64,000 nt of DNA from Dehalococcoidia bacterium (GCA_963665775.2 CAXXTF010000001.1:192001-256000), one strand, 5' to 3'; counted from the stretch's first letter, positions 1-10,106 are shown. The notes: generated from the letters alone by a model not told the origin. Numbers and translations: made by a program.

Positions 1-172
1 TGATGGAGATGCGCAGATCGTGCATCGGCCGCCGGAAGGCATCGACCATAGCCACCTGCTCCTGCTGGCCGCCCTCCCGAACCGGGCCGGACGCACCGTC
101 GGCGCTTCGGGAGCGATCCCGCGCGTTGGCGGACGGCGGTTTCGAGGAGTTAGGCTTTCTCACCTTACTCAT
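1..172 (-). CDS. moaA: GTP 3',8-cyclase MoaA, N-terminal part (runs off the window)
   Basis: Manual translation from ATG at 172 gives MSKVRKP...MVDAFRRPMHDLRISI, matching the MoaA D-x-F-x-R-P-x-x-DLRIS motif that precedes the radical-SAM cysteines. The start overlaps the end of rdgB. Confidence 0.75.
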   Translation of the reverse strand, partial: MSKVRKPNSSKPPSANARDRSRSADGASGPVREGGQQEQVAMVDAFRRPMHDLRISI

Positions 173-767
173 GTATCAGTTCCCTCAGCACCTGCGCGGC
201 CAGCGCAGCGGCCCTGCCCCGGTGACTGATGAGGTTCTTCTCCTGAGGAGAGATCTCAGCCATTGTAGCCGAGTGCTGCGATACCCGGAAGATCGGATCG
301 TAGCCGAATCCCCCTTCTCCCCGCGGTTCTTCGATGATAATTCCCTCGACCTCTCCCCGCACGAAGCGGACATCCGTAGAGCCCGGACTGGCGATGGCGA
401 TGACGCACACGAAGCGCGCCCGCCGCTTCTCCTCTGGTAGCCCCTGGAGCCGCCGCTCGATCTCCTGAAACCGCTCCGGGTAGCCGGTCTCCTCTCCCAT
501 GAAACGGGCCGAGGCGACCCCCAACGCTCCCGCCAGGGCCTCGATCTCCAGACCCGAGTCGTCGCCCAGGGTAACGAGGCCACTGGCCTGGGCACCCGCT
601 ACTGCCTTTATTTTAGCATTCTCCTCGTATGTATCGCCAGTTTCGACAGTAGAAAGCTGCATTCCCAATCGCCTGGGCGTCACAACCTGCCAGCCGCAGC
701 CTTCGAGGAGGGCACAATACTCGGTGGCCTTGCCGGGGTTGTTGGTGGCGATAAGGAGTCGGGGCAT
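165..767 (-). CDS. rdgB: Non-canonical purine NTP pyrophosphatase (RdgB/HAM1)
   Basis: ATNNPGK, DDSGL, GFGYDPIF and KNLISHRG motifs. Confidence 0.95.
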   Translation of the reverse strand: MPRLLIATNNPGKATEYCALLEGCGWQVVTPRRLGMQLSTVETGDTYEENAKIKAVAGAQASGLVTLGDDSGLEIEALAGALGVASARFMGEETGYPERFQEIERRLQGLPEEKRRARFVCVIAIASPGSTDVRFVRGEVEGIIIEEPRGEGGFGYDPIFRVSQHSATMAEISPQEKNLISHRGRAAALAAQVLRELIHE

Positions 768-794
768 TTGGTCGCCAGGTCTTACGGGACGCTC

Positions 795-950
795 TTAGGC
801 GGAGGTTACCTTCGCTTCCTCTCTGAGGAAGGTGATCATGCGGCTGGCGATCTCCTCGCCGGCGTCCTCCTGCAGATAATGGCCCGCGCCATGCACAACC
901 TGGAACCGACCATCAGGGACCATGTGAGCGATCCGCTGCCCCTCCTCCAG
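795..950 (-). pseudogene. C-terminal remnant of an alpha/beta hydrolase (haloalkane dehalogenase-like)
   Basis: The frame starting right after the fbp stop reads LEEGQRIAHMVPDGRFQVVHGAGHYLQEDAGEEIASRMITFL (catalytic-His motif GAGHxLQED). No N-terminal domain is present. Confidence 0.6.
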
Positions 951-951
951 G

Positions 952-2067
952 CTAGACCGGGGCGGCGGCCTCTTCTTCCATGGGCTGCCAGCGGTCAGCC
1001 AGCTTGCCGGCGACCACGGGCATGGTGGTGTACTCCATCTCCTCCAGGGGCAGCCGGTGCGGCTCGAAGGGGCCATGGGCGCGCAGGTAGTCGGCGACCT
1101 CATTCGCCTTCGCCCGGACATGGTCGTAGGCGGGGTCATCAAACATGTCGCGGGGGCCGATGAACTTCCCGTTGGCTAGCTGGAAACCCAGGGCCACGAG
1201 GCGGGGCGGCCCGTCGAAGCGGCTGGGATGGGCATCGGCTAGGCTCACGGGCATAAGGGGCCCGTGGTGGGAGCCGCGCATCCACCCTTCGACTAAGAAG
1301 GGGAGGCTGAAGGGCTCCAGCACCTCGCCGACCGCCGGGAAGCTACCCTGGCAGCGGACGATCATCGTCGGGTCGTCCTTCCCCACATAGCGCCCAGCGA
1401 TGAGGGAGAGCTTATCCGTGCTGGAGCAAGCGCCGATCTCGCCGCTACTGCGGCAGAAGACGCGCTTTACGGCGTAGCGATTGGGGGCGCCCAGGAAGAT
1501 AAGCATGTCGTAGATCTCCTCTGGCGCGTTCAGGGTAATCTGGACGTGCTCCCGCACGTCCTGGACCTCAAAGGCGAACCCCTGGTGGAGCCCTTCGGCG
1601 ATGATGAGGCCGGGGGTATTGAAGGGATCGGCAAACATCTTGTAGAGAGGAAAGTTGAAGGCACCGGCGGAGGTCTTATCACCCATGAAGACGATTATCG
1701 GCTCCGACGGACGCTCATCGATCTCCATCTCGGCGGTGCCGGGCCCGGCGCCACGAATGTTGCCGGAGAAGGCGTCTACCAGGATGTCCTGGCCGGCCCC
1801 GTACAGCTTCAGCTTCTTGGCCAGCTCCGTCCCCTTCTGGAAGGTGTCCCAGGCCAGCCGGTGTATCTCTTCGTTGTTCTCGCCCCGGTCGTGGGACATG
1901 ATCAGGAACATGTCGTCGCCGCAGTGGCTGACGTGATAGTCGATGAGGAGACCACGCTGCTTCGCCCCCTCCATCTCCTGCCGGCCCAGATCCAGGATAT
2001 CCGGGTGTGACTCCGAATGCCCAACGTAGCCGCCGATGTCGGCCTTGATAACGCTCAGGGTAACCAT
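952..2067 (-). CDS. fbp: Bifunctional fructose-1,6-bisphosphate aldolase/phosphatase (class V FBPase)
   Basis: TLSVIKADIGG, LYGAGQD, YVGKDDP, GWMRGSH and LEEMEYT motifs. Confidence 0.95.
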   Translation of the reverse strand: MVTLSVIKADIGGYVGHSESHPDILDLGRQEMEGAKQRGLLIDYHVSHCGDDMFLIMSHDRGENNEEIHRLAWDTFQKGTELAKKLKLYGAGQDILVDAFSGNIRGAGPGTAEMEIDERPSEPIIVFMGDKTSAGAFNFPLYKMFADPFNTPGLIIAEGLHQGFAFEVQDVREHVQITLNAPEEIYDMLIFLGAPNRYAVKRVFCRSSGEIGACSSTDKLSLIAGRYVGKDDPTMIVRCQGSFPAVGEVLEPFSLPFLVEGWMRGSHHGPLMPVSLADAHPSRFDGPPRLVALGFQLANGKFIGPRDMFDDPAYDHVRAKANEVADYLRAHGPFEPHRLPLEEMEYTTMPVVAGKLADRWQPMEEEAAAPV

Positions 2068-2172
2068 GGACGCACCTCGTTCCAGCTGAAATCTCGCCTG
2101 ACAGGGAGCCGTCCTCTGGGTCCGCAGGCTCTAGCCTTGACCCCGGCAGGGCGTGGACGGATCGCCTCAGCC

Positions 2173-2201
2173 ATGTTACGGAGGAGGGCCGAAGGTGTCA
2201 A
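2173..2201 (-). promoter_or_regulatory. sigma70-type promoter for fbp
   Basis: Minus strand TTGACA-N17-TAACAT. Confidence 0.6.
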
Positions 2202-2265
2202 GGCGACGCTCCGCACCTCCCCGGACGGCAACACGCGGACAGCAGCGATCCCTCTCGCCGCCCGC

Positions 2266-3003
2266 TTATTCTCGGGCCAGCGCTCTTAGCACCTCCCGCG
2301 CCACGCGACGGGCCGCCCGCCCCCGCTCGCCGTGCTGGGGCGCCGGCGGCCGCGACAAGAGCGCCGACAGCTCGCGGTGAAGCGCCTCCGACCGCGCCAC
2401 GGCAACGGCCTCGTCCAGTGGCTTGAACCCCTGGAGCTTGCGGGGCCCCTCGCGGCCGCCTTCCGAGATGTACCAGTCGCGGAAGGAACGGCAGCCGGCC
2501 TGAAACAGCAGGCGACCCAGGGGCGTGGTCGCCGGCGGGTAGCCCAACGCCAGCAGGCGTTCGCTCTCCCTCTGGCCGGGCGATTCGTACTCCACCATCA
2601 GGTGGCCGCCCGGCGGCACCAGCTCCGAGAGAGAGCGAAAGAGGCGGCGGGCCCGCCCCTTTTCCGCCAGCTCGACGACCTCGCCTTCGAAGGCGGGCGC
2701 CCCCTGGTAGCGGATCAGGTCGATCCAGTTGTAGCCGGGGTAGCGCCCGGCGTTATGGAGGCCCAGGGCCACGAAATCATCGCTCAGACGGCCCCGATCG
2801 TCCGTCAGGAAGAGCTGAAAGTAGCGGGAACCGACATTGTTCTTGGGCCCTAGAAGCACCAGCAGCCGGCAGGCGCCCAGGCTTCGGTCCTGGAGACGAC
2901 CGAGGGGATGCTCCTCGGCCGGCAGCGACCAGCCCCGAGCCAGCAGTGGTTCCAACCGCTGCCGATCAGATTCCCGCAGCCGAAAGCGCGCAAGGGGATG
3001 CAC
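2266..3003 (-). CDS. DUF1122-like protein
   Basis: DWYISEGGREGPRKLQGFKP motif recalled from DUF1122; TATAAT lies 7 nt before the GTG start. Confidence 0.7.
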   Translation of the reverse strand: MHPLARFRLRESDRQRLEPLLARGWSLPAEEHPLGRLQDRSLGACRLLVLLGPKNNVGSRYFQLFLTDDRGRLSDDFVALGLHNAGRYPGYNWIDLIRYQGAPAFEGEVVELAEKGRARRLFRSLSELVPPGGHLMVEYESPGQRESERLLALGYPPATTPLGRLLFQAGCRSFRDWYISEGGREGPRKLQGFKPLDEAVAVARSEALHRELSALLSRPPAPQHGERGRAARRVAREVLRALARE

Positions 3004-3046
3004 ACCCCATATTATAACGGACAGCCCGGCGACACCCGATGTTATA

Positions 3047-4393
3047 ATGCGAGCGAGATCTGACGTGGAGTACCAGCAGGCTGTAGACTACCTCCTCTCC
3101 TTCACCGACTTCGAGCGAAGCGGTCGCTTCCAGGACCGCCCGGACGTGCTTCCCATGCTCTCGCTCCTGCGCCGCCTGGGCGACCCCCATCTCGGACCGC
3201 TTACGATCCACGTCGCCGGCAGCAAGGGGAAGGGCAGCGTGGCGGCGATGCTGGACGGCGTACTCCGCGCCGCCGGCTTGGCCAGCGGCCTCTACACTAG
3301 CCCCCATCTCCACTCCTACTGCGAGCGTATCCGCCTGAACGGCGAGCCGATTGCGGAGGAGCGCTTCGCCCGCCTCACGGAACGGCTGCAGCCGGTGGCC
3401 GAGAGCGAGCGGCGGGCCGGCGGCGGCAGGCAGTTGGTCACTTTCGACCTGCTGACGGCGCTGGCCTTCCTGGCCTTCCGCGAGCGGGAAATGCAGGTTC
3501 AGGTGCTGGAGGTGGGCCTGGGCGGACGAGTCGACAGCACCAACGTTTTCGAGGAGAAGGATATCTGCGTTATCACCCCGATCAGCCTGGAGCACACGGC
3601 GATCCTGGGCGACACGGTCGAGAAGATCGCCCAAGAAAAGGCGGCCATCATTCGCCCCGGTTCGACGGTGGTGCTGGCGCCGCAAGCCCACGAAGAGGCC
3701 GCCCGTGTCGTGCGCCGGGCGGCGGCCGAGGCGGGCGCTTCCCTGGTGGAGGTGGCCTGCCACTATCGCTGGCAGCACCTCTCCCACGACCGGCGAGGCC
3801 AGCTGTTTCGCCTGGACGGGCCCCATGACACCCTCCAGATCAGGCTCCCCCTACTGGGTGAGCACCAGATGGAGAACGCCGCCACCGCCGTGGCCGGCAC
3901 GGCCGCACTGCGCCAGCGCGGCTGCCCTGTCCCGTCGGAGGCCATCGTCCGGGGCCTGGCTGGCGTCTCCTGGCCGGGCCGGCTGGAGGTACTGGCAGAA
4001 CGCCCGCTGATCATCGCCGACGGCGCCCATAACCGAGACTCGGCGCGGCGGCTTCGGCAGGCCCTGGACGACTACTTCGCCTGCCGGCGGGCGTTCTTCA
4101 TTATCGGGACATCGACCGACAAGGAGGTGGACAGCCTGGCGGAAGAGCTGGCGCCGGTGGCCGCTCGCGTGGTCGTGACCCAGGCCCGGCACCCGCGGGC
4201 GATGCCGCCGGAGCAGATAGCCACCGCCTTCGCCAGGCTGGGAGTGGAAACGGAGACGGCGGCGACGGTGGAAGCGGCCCTGGACGGAGCGGTAGCGGCA
4301 GGAGAGGAGCAAGCGGTAATATGTTTGACGGGCTCCCTTTTCCTGGTGGCCGAGGCTCGGGAGCTTCTCCTGGGAGTTACGGTACAGAGATAG
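3047..4393 (+). CDS. folC: Folylpolyglutamate synthase / dihydrofolate synthase
   Basis: IHVAGSKGKGS, YTSPHL, EVGLGG and DGAHN motifs. Start is at ATG 3047 or GTG 3065. Confidence 0.93.
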   Translation: MRARSDVEYQQAVDYLLSFTDFERSGRFQDRPDVLPMLSLLRRLGDPHLGPLTIHVAGSKGKGSVAAMLDGVLRAAGLASGLYTSPHLHSYCERIRLNGEPIAEERFARLTERLQPVAESERRAGGGRQLVTFDLLTALAFLAFREREMQVQVLEVGLGGRVDSTNVFEEKDICVITPISLEHTAILGDTVEKIAQEKAAIIRPGSTVVLAPQAHEEAARVVRRAAAEAGASLVEVACHYRWQHLSHDRRGQLFRLDGPHDTLQIRLPLLGEHQMENAATAVAGTAALRQRGCPVPSEAIVRGLAGVSWPGRLEVLAERPLIIADGAHNRDSARRLRQALDDYFACRRAFFIIGTSTDKEVDSLAEELAPVAARVVVTQARHPRAMPPEQIATAFARLGVETETAATVEAALDGAVAAGEEQAVICLTGSLFLVAEARELLLGVTVQR

Positions 4394-4412
4394 CATCTGG
4401 GAGGTGGGCGGC

Positions 4413-5678
4413 ATGGCCAATAGGGCAGCAAGCAGCAATGGCGTCCGCGCGGTGGTCACCGGCATGGGCGCCTTTACACCGCTGGGCAACTCTGTGTCCG
4501 AGTTCTGGCAGGGTTGCCTGGAGGGCCGGTCCGGGATAGGCCCCGTGAGCTTATTCGACGCTTCCAGTTATCCGTCTCGAATTACCGGTGAGGTGCGTGG
4601 GTTCGACCCCCAGGACTACATGGACCGTCGCGACGCCCGCCGTATGGCCCGCTTCAGCCAGTTTGCCGTGGCTGCCGCTCGCGAGGCCATTCAGGACGCC
4701 GAGCTAAAGCTGGATCGAGTTGACGAAGGCCGCGTAGGAGTGGTCCTGGGAAACGGTATCGGCGGCCTGGGCGATTCCCAAGAGGCGGCCGATATCATCC
4801 GAGACAAGGGCGGAATGCGCATAGACCCCTTCTTCCTACCCAAGATGCTTCCCAATATGGCCGCTGCCCAGCTCAGCCTGACCTTCGGCATCAAAGGCTA
4901 CTCCAACACGGTAGCCACGGCCTGCGCCGCCGGCACCCAGGCGATCGGCGACGCCATGGACATCATCCGCGCCGGACGCGCCGATGTGGTGATCACCGGC
5001 GGCGCCGAGGCCGCCCTCTGTGAGCTGGGCCTCTCCGGCTTCGCTGTCATACGGGCCCTCTCTACCCGCAACGACGAGCCGGAGAGGGCGAGCCGCCCCT
5101 TCGACGCCGACCGGGACGGCTTCGTGGCCGCGGAGGGAGCGGCCATTTTCATACTGGAGAGCCTGGAACACGCCCAGCGCCGCAACGCTCACATCCTGGC
5201 CGAGCTGGCTGGCTTCGGGGCCTGCAACGACGCCTACCACCTGACGGCTCCCAGCGCCGATGGCGAGGGCGCCGTTCGCGCCATGCAGTGGGCCCTGGAC
5301 GACGCCGGCGTGGCCCCAGGCGATGTAGACTACATCAATGCCCATGGCACGTCCACCAAGCTCAACGATGCCGCAGAAACCATGGCCATTAAGAAGGTCT
5401 TCGGGGAAATATCATACCGGATCCCCATCAGCGCCACCAAATCGATGGTGGGCCACTCCTTCGGAGCCTCCGGGGCGATAGAGGTCGTGGCCTGCATTCA
5501 GACTCTTCGCACCGGCACCATCCACCCTACGGTCAATTACGAGAGCCCGGACCCGGATTGCGACCTGGACTACGTGCCCAACCAGTCCCGTGCCGCCGAC
5601 GTATCGGTAATCCTCAAGAACAGCTTTGGCTTCGGCGGGCAGAACGCCTGCCTCGTCTTCAAGCGGTCCGAACAGTGA
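4413..5678 (+). CDS. fabF: Beta-ketoacyl-ACP synthase II
   Basis: TACAAG (catalytic Cys), NAHGTST, KSMVGH and SFGFGG motifs; GGAGGT RBS. Confidence 0.95.
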   Translation: MANRAASSNGVRAVVTGMGAFTPLGNSVSEFWQGCLEGRSGIGPVSLFDASSYPSRITGEVRGFDPQDYMDRRDARRMARFSQFAVAAAREAIQDAELKLDRVDEGRVGVVLGNGIGGLGDSQEAADIIRDKGGMRIDPFFLPKMLPNMAAAQLSLTFGIKGYSNTVATACAAGTQAIGDAMDIIRAGRADVVITGGAEAALCELGLSGFAVIRALSTRNDEPERASRPFDADRDGFVAAEGAAIFILESLEHAQRRNAHILAELAGFGACNDAYHLTAPSADGEGAVRAMQWALDDAGVAPGDVDYINAHGTSTKLNDAAETMAIKKVFGEISYRIPISATKSMVGHSFGASGAIEVVACIQTLRTGTIHPTVNYESPDPDCDLDYVPNQSRAADVSVILKNSFGFGGQNACLVFKRSEQ

Positions 5679-5731
5679 CATCCGGGCCCCGTGACTCTTC
5701 GCCGACTGCTCCGCCCCCGGAACCGTAGACG

Positions 5732-6709
5732 ATGAGGCTCCTTGTCGTCGGCGGCGCCGGTTATATCGGCAGCGTGACCGTCGATCAGCTCCTGGCCGCC
5801 GACCACGAGGTGACCGTCCTGGACAGCCTTGTCTCCGGCCACCGCCAGGCCATCAACCCAGAGGCCGAGCTCGTACAGGCGGACGTCCGCGACGAGGAAA
5901 ACCTCAACCGCCTCCTGGCCAGCCACAGCTTCCAGGCCGTCGTCTACTACGCGGGCTACATCCAGGCCGGGGAGTCCATGCGGCAACCGGGCCGCTACTT
6001 CGCGAACAACGTCGGCGGCTGTATCGCCCTCCTCAACGCCATGGCCGCCTACGGGGTGGAGCGCTTTGTGTTCAGCTCCAGCGCCGCCGTCTACGGCGAG
6101 CCGGAGGCCGTGCCCATCTCCGAAGAGGCTCCCATCCGTGCCATCAATCCCTACGGCGAGAGCAAGGCGATGGTGGAGCGTATCCTCTCTTGGTACGAAC
6201 GCCAGTCCGGCCTGCGCTACGTCTGCCTGCGCTACTTCAACGCCGCCGGCGCCACCGATCGGTGCGGGGAAGACCACCGTCCCGAGACCCATCTGATCCC
6301 CACCGTCCTCCAGGTCGCTCTGGGCCAGCGGCCTTCCCTCGCCCTGTACGGAAGCGACTACCCGACCGCGGACGGCACCTGCGTCCGTGACTACATCCAT
6401 GTCACGGACCTGGCGGCGGCCCACTTGCTGGCACTGGAGAGGACGGAGAAGGCGAGCGACGTGTACAACCTGGGCAACGGACGCGGATTCTCCAACCGCC
6501 AGGTCGTCGAGACGGCCCGCCGCGTCACCGGCTCGCCCATCAAGGTGACAGAGGAGGAACGTCGGCCGGGCGACCCGGCAGCCCTGGTCGCCTCCTACGA
6601 GCGGGCCCAGCGCGACCTTGGCTGGCAGCCCCAGGTCACCGACCTGGAGGAGATCATCGCCAGCGCCTGGCGCTGGCAGCAGGCCCATCCCAACGGCTAC
6701 GGAGACTGA
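5732..6709 (+). CDS. galE: UDP-glucose 4-epimerase
   Basis: GGAGYIGS, YGESK, LRYFN and RDYIHV motifs. Confidence 0.95.
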   Translation: MRLLVVGGAGYIGSVTVDQLLAADHEVTVLDSLVSGHRQAINPEAELVQADVRDEENLNRLLASHSFQAVVYYAGYIQAGESMRQPGRYFANNVGGCIALLNAMAAYGVERFVFSSSAAVYGEPEAVPISEEAPIRAINPYGESKAMVERILSWYERQSGLRYVCLRYFNAAGATDRCGEDHRPETHLIPTVLQVALGQRPSLALYGSDYPTADGTCVRDYIHVTDLAAAHLLALERTEKASDVYNLGNGRGFSNRQVVETARRVTGSPIKVTEEERRPGDPAALVASYERAQRDLGWQPQVTDLEEIIASAWRWQQAHPNGYGD

Positions 6710-6718
6710 CCTCCGGCG

Positions 6719-7309
6719 TCAGCCCAGGGCGAAGGCAGACAGTCGCTGGTAGACAGCGCCGCCCGTCTGCAGGGTGCTCCGCATGAGCGCTAACTCCCGC
6801 ACCTCCAGCTCCGCCCGCGGCACCGGCACCACCGGCAGCGCCTCAGCGATGCGCGGCGCCAGCCCCCGCGCCGACTCCGGTCGCACCCGGGCCAGCGTCA
6901 GGTGAGGGGCGAACCCCCGTCTCTCCCTGGCGAAGCCTGCCGCCGTCAACGCCTGCTCCAGTCGCAGCCGGAGCAGGCCCAGAAACTCCAGGTCACCCTC
7001 CAGATCCACCCATACGACCTGGGGGCCGCGTCTGCTCCCGAAACTGCCCAAGCAGCCCAGCGAGAGCCGGTGCGGCGGCACCCCTTTCACCGACTCCGCC
7101 AGCGCCTCGTGGATGATGGGCAGCTTATCGGATGGCGTCTCGCCCAGAAACTTAAGGGTGAGGTGTATCCCCTCCGGCCGCACCCAGCGCAGCGAGTCCA
7201 GCTGTCGCTGCCGAAGCTGGGCCTGGAGCTCCGCCAGCGCCTCCCGCACCGGCTGCGACAGCTCGACCGCGACGAAGAGCCGCAGCGACTCACCCGGGCC
7301 GGTCGTCAT
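6719..7309 (-). CDS. thpR: RNA 2',3'-cyclic phosphodiesterase (2H family)
   Basis: RLFVAV plus two HxT motifs (HLTLKFLG, PHLTLAR). Confidence 0.9.
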   Translation of the reverse strand: MTTGPGESLRLFVAVELSQPVREALAELQAQLRQRQLDSLRWVRPEGIHLTLKFLGETPSDKLPIIHEALAESVKGVPPHRLSLGCLGSFGSRRGPQVVWVDLEGDLEFLGLLRLRLEQALTAAGFARERRGFAPHLTLARVRPESARGLAPRIAEALPVVPVPRAELEVRELALMRSTLQTGGAVYQRLSAFALG

Positions 7310-8147
7310 CGCCCAGCCGCAGCAACCGCTGCGCGTTCTCACCCAGGATCAGCCGCTGGGCGTCTATATCGGGAACGGCGGAACGGACCTCATCGACCTG
7401 CCGCCGCTGCGAGATGAGGGGGTAGTCGCTGCCCAGGAGCAGCCGCTCCGGGCCCACGAGCCGGCCCACCTGCTCGTAGACAGAGGGCTCGTACAGCGGC
7501 GGCTGCGCTGCCGTATCGAGGTACAGCTGGCCGGCGAAGGCGCGCCGCACCTCTGGCATAGAGGCGTAGAGGGGCAGGCCCCCCGCTAGATGAGCCCCAA
7601 CCGTCGCTACCGTAGGGTGGCGGACCACGAACTCATAGAAGGCAGGCAGCCTGCCACCCTGCTTTCCCGGATAGTCATGGCCCACGGGCTCCGTCACGTG
7701 GAACAGCAAGATCAGGCTGAGGCGAATGGCCAGGCTCGCTAGGGTGTCTCCCTCTGATCCTGGAAGATCCCAACCCTGGCTGTCCGGGCGCAGCTCGCCG
7801 AGGCCTCGGGCGCCGGCCGCCACACAGCGTTCGATCTCCCGCTCGACCCCGGCCTCAGCCATGTTGACTGTGCAGAAGGGCACGATGCGATGCCCGCTCC
7901 GGGCCGCCGATTCCAGGAGGTAGTCGTTATGGCGACGACACAGTTCGTTCTCCCCCCAGGCGAAACCCAGGGCGACACTGACGTCCACGCCCGCCCCATC
8001 CATGCTGCCCAGGAGGTCGTCGGCGGTGGCGATCTTCGCCTTGGGGTCCCCGTACATCTCGGCGAAGGTCGCATCGCGCCGGAGGTAATCCTGCCGCTGG
8101 TCACGGACCTCAGGCGGGAAGATATGGGTGTGGAAGTCCACGATCAC
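7290..8147 (-). CDS. Amidohydrolase-2 family metal-dependent hydrolase
   Basis: IVDFHTH, GLGEL, AHLAGG and GSDYP motifs. Confidence 0.88.
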   Translation of the reverse strand: MIVDFHTHIFPPEVRDQRQDYLRRDATFAEMYGDPKAKIATADDLLGSMDGAGVDVSVALGFAWGENELCRRHNDYLLESAARSGHRIVPFCTVNMAEAGVEREIERCVAAGARGLGELRPDSQGWDLPGSEGDTLASLAIRLSLILLFHVTEPVGHDYPGKQGGRLPAFYEFVVRHPTVATVGAHLAGGLPLYASMPEVRRAFAGQLYLDTAAQPPLYEPSVYEQVGRLVGPERLLLGSDYPLISQRRQVDEVRSAVPDIDAQRLILGENAQRLLRLGDDDRPG

Positions 8148-8224
8148 AGGGCGAATGATAGCACCGGCTGTCGTTGCACGGAACGTAAGGCGATACCTGT
8201 AATGACTTCAGCCGGCCCGGGAGC

Positions 8225-8250
8225 GCCCGCTGCCAATCGCGGCAGCGGGC
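8225..8250. terminator. GC-rich hairpin, possible terminator
   Basis: GCCCGCTGCC / GGCAGCGGGC 10-bp perfect stem, without a clear U-tract. Confidence 0.4.
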
Positions 8251-8259
8251 CGTGAGCTG

Positions 8260-8323
8260 AGATTCTTCGCCGCCCCCAGAATGGCATAAGTTTATGTGTC
8301 ACCCTGAGCGCAGTGAACGGTCT
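8260..8323. repeat. REP-like palindromic repeat pair
   Basis: AGATTCTTCGCCGCCCCCAGAATGGCA ... TGTCACCCTGAGCGCAGTGAACGGTCT; same family as the copies at 12681, 31536 and 37559. Confidence 0.7.
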
Positions 8324-8660
8324 AGCTACTAGTCGCCAGGTGACCGTTCCCTTCCAGCTCCTCATCGTCATGACCCTCGAAGTCTTCATCGGAGAAGAAG
8401 GCAGCTTCCCGGCCGGCCCAGACAGTGACCACGAAGTCCTCCCGGAAGGGGTCCGTAGTCAGCACCAGCCGCTCGTCGATCTCGCTGACCAGATCGCGGG
8501 TCTCCTGATCCGTCAGGCTCTCAGGGACGCAGAGCGTAGCGTAGGCCACGGAAGCCGTGTAGTGAATGTCGATGCGGCCGATCTCATCGTCCTGCACCTC
8601 GATAACGTAGCTCTCAGAGTAGGGCGTCCGGCTCTCGCGCTCAAAGCGATAGTCGCTCAT
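8322..8660 (-). CDS. Hypothetical acidic protein
   Basis: 112-aa ORF with GGGAG RBS and coding-like composition, directly downstream of proA. Confidence 0.75.
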   Translation of the reverse strand: MSDYRFERESRTPYSESYVIEVQDDEIGRIDIHYTASVAYATLCVPESLTDQETRDLVSEIDERLVLTTDPFREDFVVTVWAGREAAFFSDEDFEGHDDEELEGNGHLATSS

Positions 8661-8728
8661 CCTGTGTCTCCCTTCGATCGATCGCGGCAGGCGACCCGGT
8701 ACGCCAGTCTCCTACCTGGTCTCTCACG

Positions 8729-10009
8729 CTACGCCCTGGTCTGACCGCTGCCCTGGACGATCCACTTATACGTGGTGATCTCGCGCAGGCCCACCGGCCC
8801 CCGGGCGATCGTCTTCTGTGTGGAGTCGATGATCTCCGCCCCCAGCCCGAACTGGGCGCCGTCCGTGAACTGGGTGCTGGCGTTGACGTAGACGACCGCC
8901 GTATCGACCTCGTCCAGGAAGCGCCTGGCCGCCGAGATCTCCTCGGTGACGATGGCGTCGGAGTGGCCCGTCCCGTAGCGGTAGATGTGCTCCAGCGCCT
9001 CGTCCAGCGAGTCCACGACCTTCACCGCGGCCACGGGCGCCAGGAACTCCCGGCCGAAGTCGTCCTCGGCGGCGGGCCGCAGATTCAGCTCGGCGATCGC
9101 CGCGGCGCTGAGAATGCGCAGGGCCCGTTCGTCGCAGCGCATCTCCACCCCGGCCGGCGACCAGCTACGGCCTATCGCGGGAAGGAAGGCCTCGGCGATA
9201 CCCTCATGCACCAGGAGCGTATCCAGGGCGTTGCAGACACTGAACTTCCGGCACTTGGCGTTGTGGACGATGGGAACGGCCTTATCCAGGTCGGCAGCGC
9301 GGTCCACGTAGGTGTAACAGACGCCGGTGCCGCCGGTGAGGACGGGCATGGTGGCGTTCTCCGACACGTAGCGGATCAGCTCGACGCCGCCCCTGGGCAC
9401 CACCAGGTCGATGACATCTCGCATCTTCAGGAGATCCCCCACCAGCGCCCGGTCCGGGCTCTCGATGAGCTGAACGGCATCCGTGGGCACACCGGCGGCG
9501 GCGATCGCCTCCCGCACGATGCGGGCCAGGATCCGGTTCGAGTTGATCGCCTCCTTGCCGCCGCGCAGGATGCAGCCGTTGCCCGACTTCAAGCAGAGGG
9601 AGGCGATGTCCACGGTGACGTTGGGCCGGCTCTCGTAGATGGCGGCGATAACGCCCAGGGGCACCCGTACGCGGCCCACCCGGAGGCCGTTGGGCAGCGT
9701 CCATCCGTCGATCATCTCGCCTACCGGATCGGGCAGCGCCGCTACCTGTCGCACGTCGGCGGCGACCCCCGCCAGCCGCTCGCGGTCGAGGAGCAGCCGG
9801 TCCAGCACTGCCTCCGAGAGCCCCCCCTGACGGGCGGCCTGAACGTCCAGCTGGTTGGCGGCCAGGATGTCCGACTCCCGCTGCAGCAGCACCTCCGCCA
9901 CACCCTGCAGGGCGCGGCTCTTGACGTCGCTGGAGAGGCGGGCGAGCTGTCGCGCCGCCTGCCGCGCGGCCGCCCCGATGGCCTGGAGTTCGGATGCGGT
10001 GGTGGTCAT
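8729..10009 (-). CDS. proA: Glutamate-5-semialdehyde dehydrogenase
   Basis: IYESRPNVT, LRGGKEA, CNALDTLL and VNASTQFTDG motifs; ATG 10009 with AGGAGG RBS. Confidence 0.95.
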   Translation of the reverse strand: MTTTASELQAIGAAARQAARQLARLSSDVKSRALQGVAEVLLQRESDILAANQLDVQAARQGGLSEAVLDRLLLDRERLAGVAADVRQVAALPDPVGEMIDGWTLPNGLRVGRVRVPLGVIAAIYESRPNVTVDIASLCLKSGNGCILRGGKEAINSNRILARIVREAIAAAGVPTDAVQLIESPDRALVGDLLKMRDVIDLVVPRGGVELIRYVSENATMPVLTGGTGVCYTYVDRAADLDKAVPIVHNAKCRKFSVCNALDTLLVHEGIAEAFLPAIGRSWSPAGVEMRCDERALRILSAAAIAELNLRPAAEDDFGREFLAPVAAVKVVDSLDEALEHIYRYGTGHSDAIVTEEISAARRFLDEVDTAVVYVNASTQFTDGAQFGLGAEIIDSTQKTIARGPVGLREITTYKWIVQGSGQTRA

Positions 10010-10106
10010 AGCAGGGCCTCCTGTTCCGCACTCTGCTTCTCCGTCGGGGCACTGGCGAAGGGAGCCTTGCCCCAGAATCGCATCAGGTTTGGTACCACTG
10101 CTTCCA

